This document shows, piece by piece, positions 63,501-64,000 of a DNA stretch of 64,000 bases. The notes under the pieces are model-generated. The model had not been told where the DNA came from and did no database searches. It saw only the letters and a list, made by a program, of their open reading frames with translations. Each line of letters opens with the position of its first letter. The first letter of the stretch is position 1. This DNA is from Curvularia clavata (taxonomy: Eukaryota): contig CP089274.1 of the NCBI GenBank assembly GCA_023920165.1, forward strand, positions 3,100,001 through 3,164,000. Reading direction: 5' to 3'. The position numbers were made by a program, and so were the translations under genes.

Positions 63501-64000
63501 TACAAAACTCCATCCGTTGACATCGATGACGTAGCTCTGCTCCCCAGTACGAAGCAAGTCGAATCCACATACTCGTTGGCCGAATCCCTCTGATATCTTG
63601 GATGCGATAGCCGCCTCTGCTTCGCTCAGTTTGGTTACGTAACGGACTTCCTTGCCACTTGGGTTTCTTTTAACAAGACCGTCGACAACGGGTGATTTCC
63701 TTGTTTCGGCGTGGCAGAAATGGGGCCCGACCGTGTATGCCTTGACATCCTCGGAGTTTTCGACCCGCAAAAACTGTTCGTAGATGTAGCTGCTACCCGG
63801 TTCGGTAATAGCTCTGGGGACTTCAAGAGTGTCGTCCTTTTCTGAGCTCTTGTTGTTGATTTTCCTGAACAGTCTTCTGCCACCACCGCCATCCTTTTTG
63901 TGGAAATAGATGTGAATGTTGTGGTCCTCACCGCTCACAGGCTTTTCTACAAAAGGCTTGGTAAGTGTGGCACCATCTACGCAGATGGTGTTGCCGTCGT
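60576..64000 (-). CDS. VIP1: Inositol hexakisphosphate/PP-InsP5 kinase-phosphatase Vip1/Asp1 (5' end outside the window)
   Basis: Exons >64000-61057, 61011-60907, 60855-60576. Kinase motifs HAETRKSPVVDG, VCGFDLLR and DVNGWSFVK; acid-phosphatase motif RHADRTP. Confidence 0.95.

Overview
Gene-dense euchromatin from a filamentous ascomycete. Short GT-AG introns with CTRAC branch sites and the gene content suggest a Dothideomycete, possibly Pleosporales (inference). I reconstructed 22 protein-coding genes by hand: an MFS transporter, a Mad1-like CFEM/GPI adhesin, TMEM135-like, SFH5, an RRM protein, an FGGY kinase, EMC10, TAD2, TVP18, AIM21-like, a PNP_UDP-NB-ARC-TPR immune receptor (NLR), DUF3292-like, a Myb/SAP-like protein, a conserved membrane protein, a SAM methyltransferase, a P450, a Mutator/FAR1-derived DNA-binding protein, NDC80, ECM13-like, a GH3 beta-glucosidase, a 5'-truncated VIP1, and a decayed FAD-oxidoreductase pseudogene. 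The best signal missed by the ORF track is at about 11.44-12.23 kb on the minus strand. It is a non-coding host transcript with three ~180-nt introns, each carrying a box C/D snoRNA about 50 nt upstream of the branch point, with 10-15-nt antisense elements to 18S/28S rRNA. The second highlight is the NLR. An intron sits exactly between the nucleosidase effector and the NB-ARC domain and gives an immediate stop if retained, and a ~100-aa microsatellite-encoded acidic insertion lies next to the MHD-equivalent motif. All family and rRNA-target assignments come from motif recognition and recalled consensus, not database searches.
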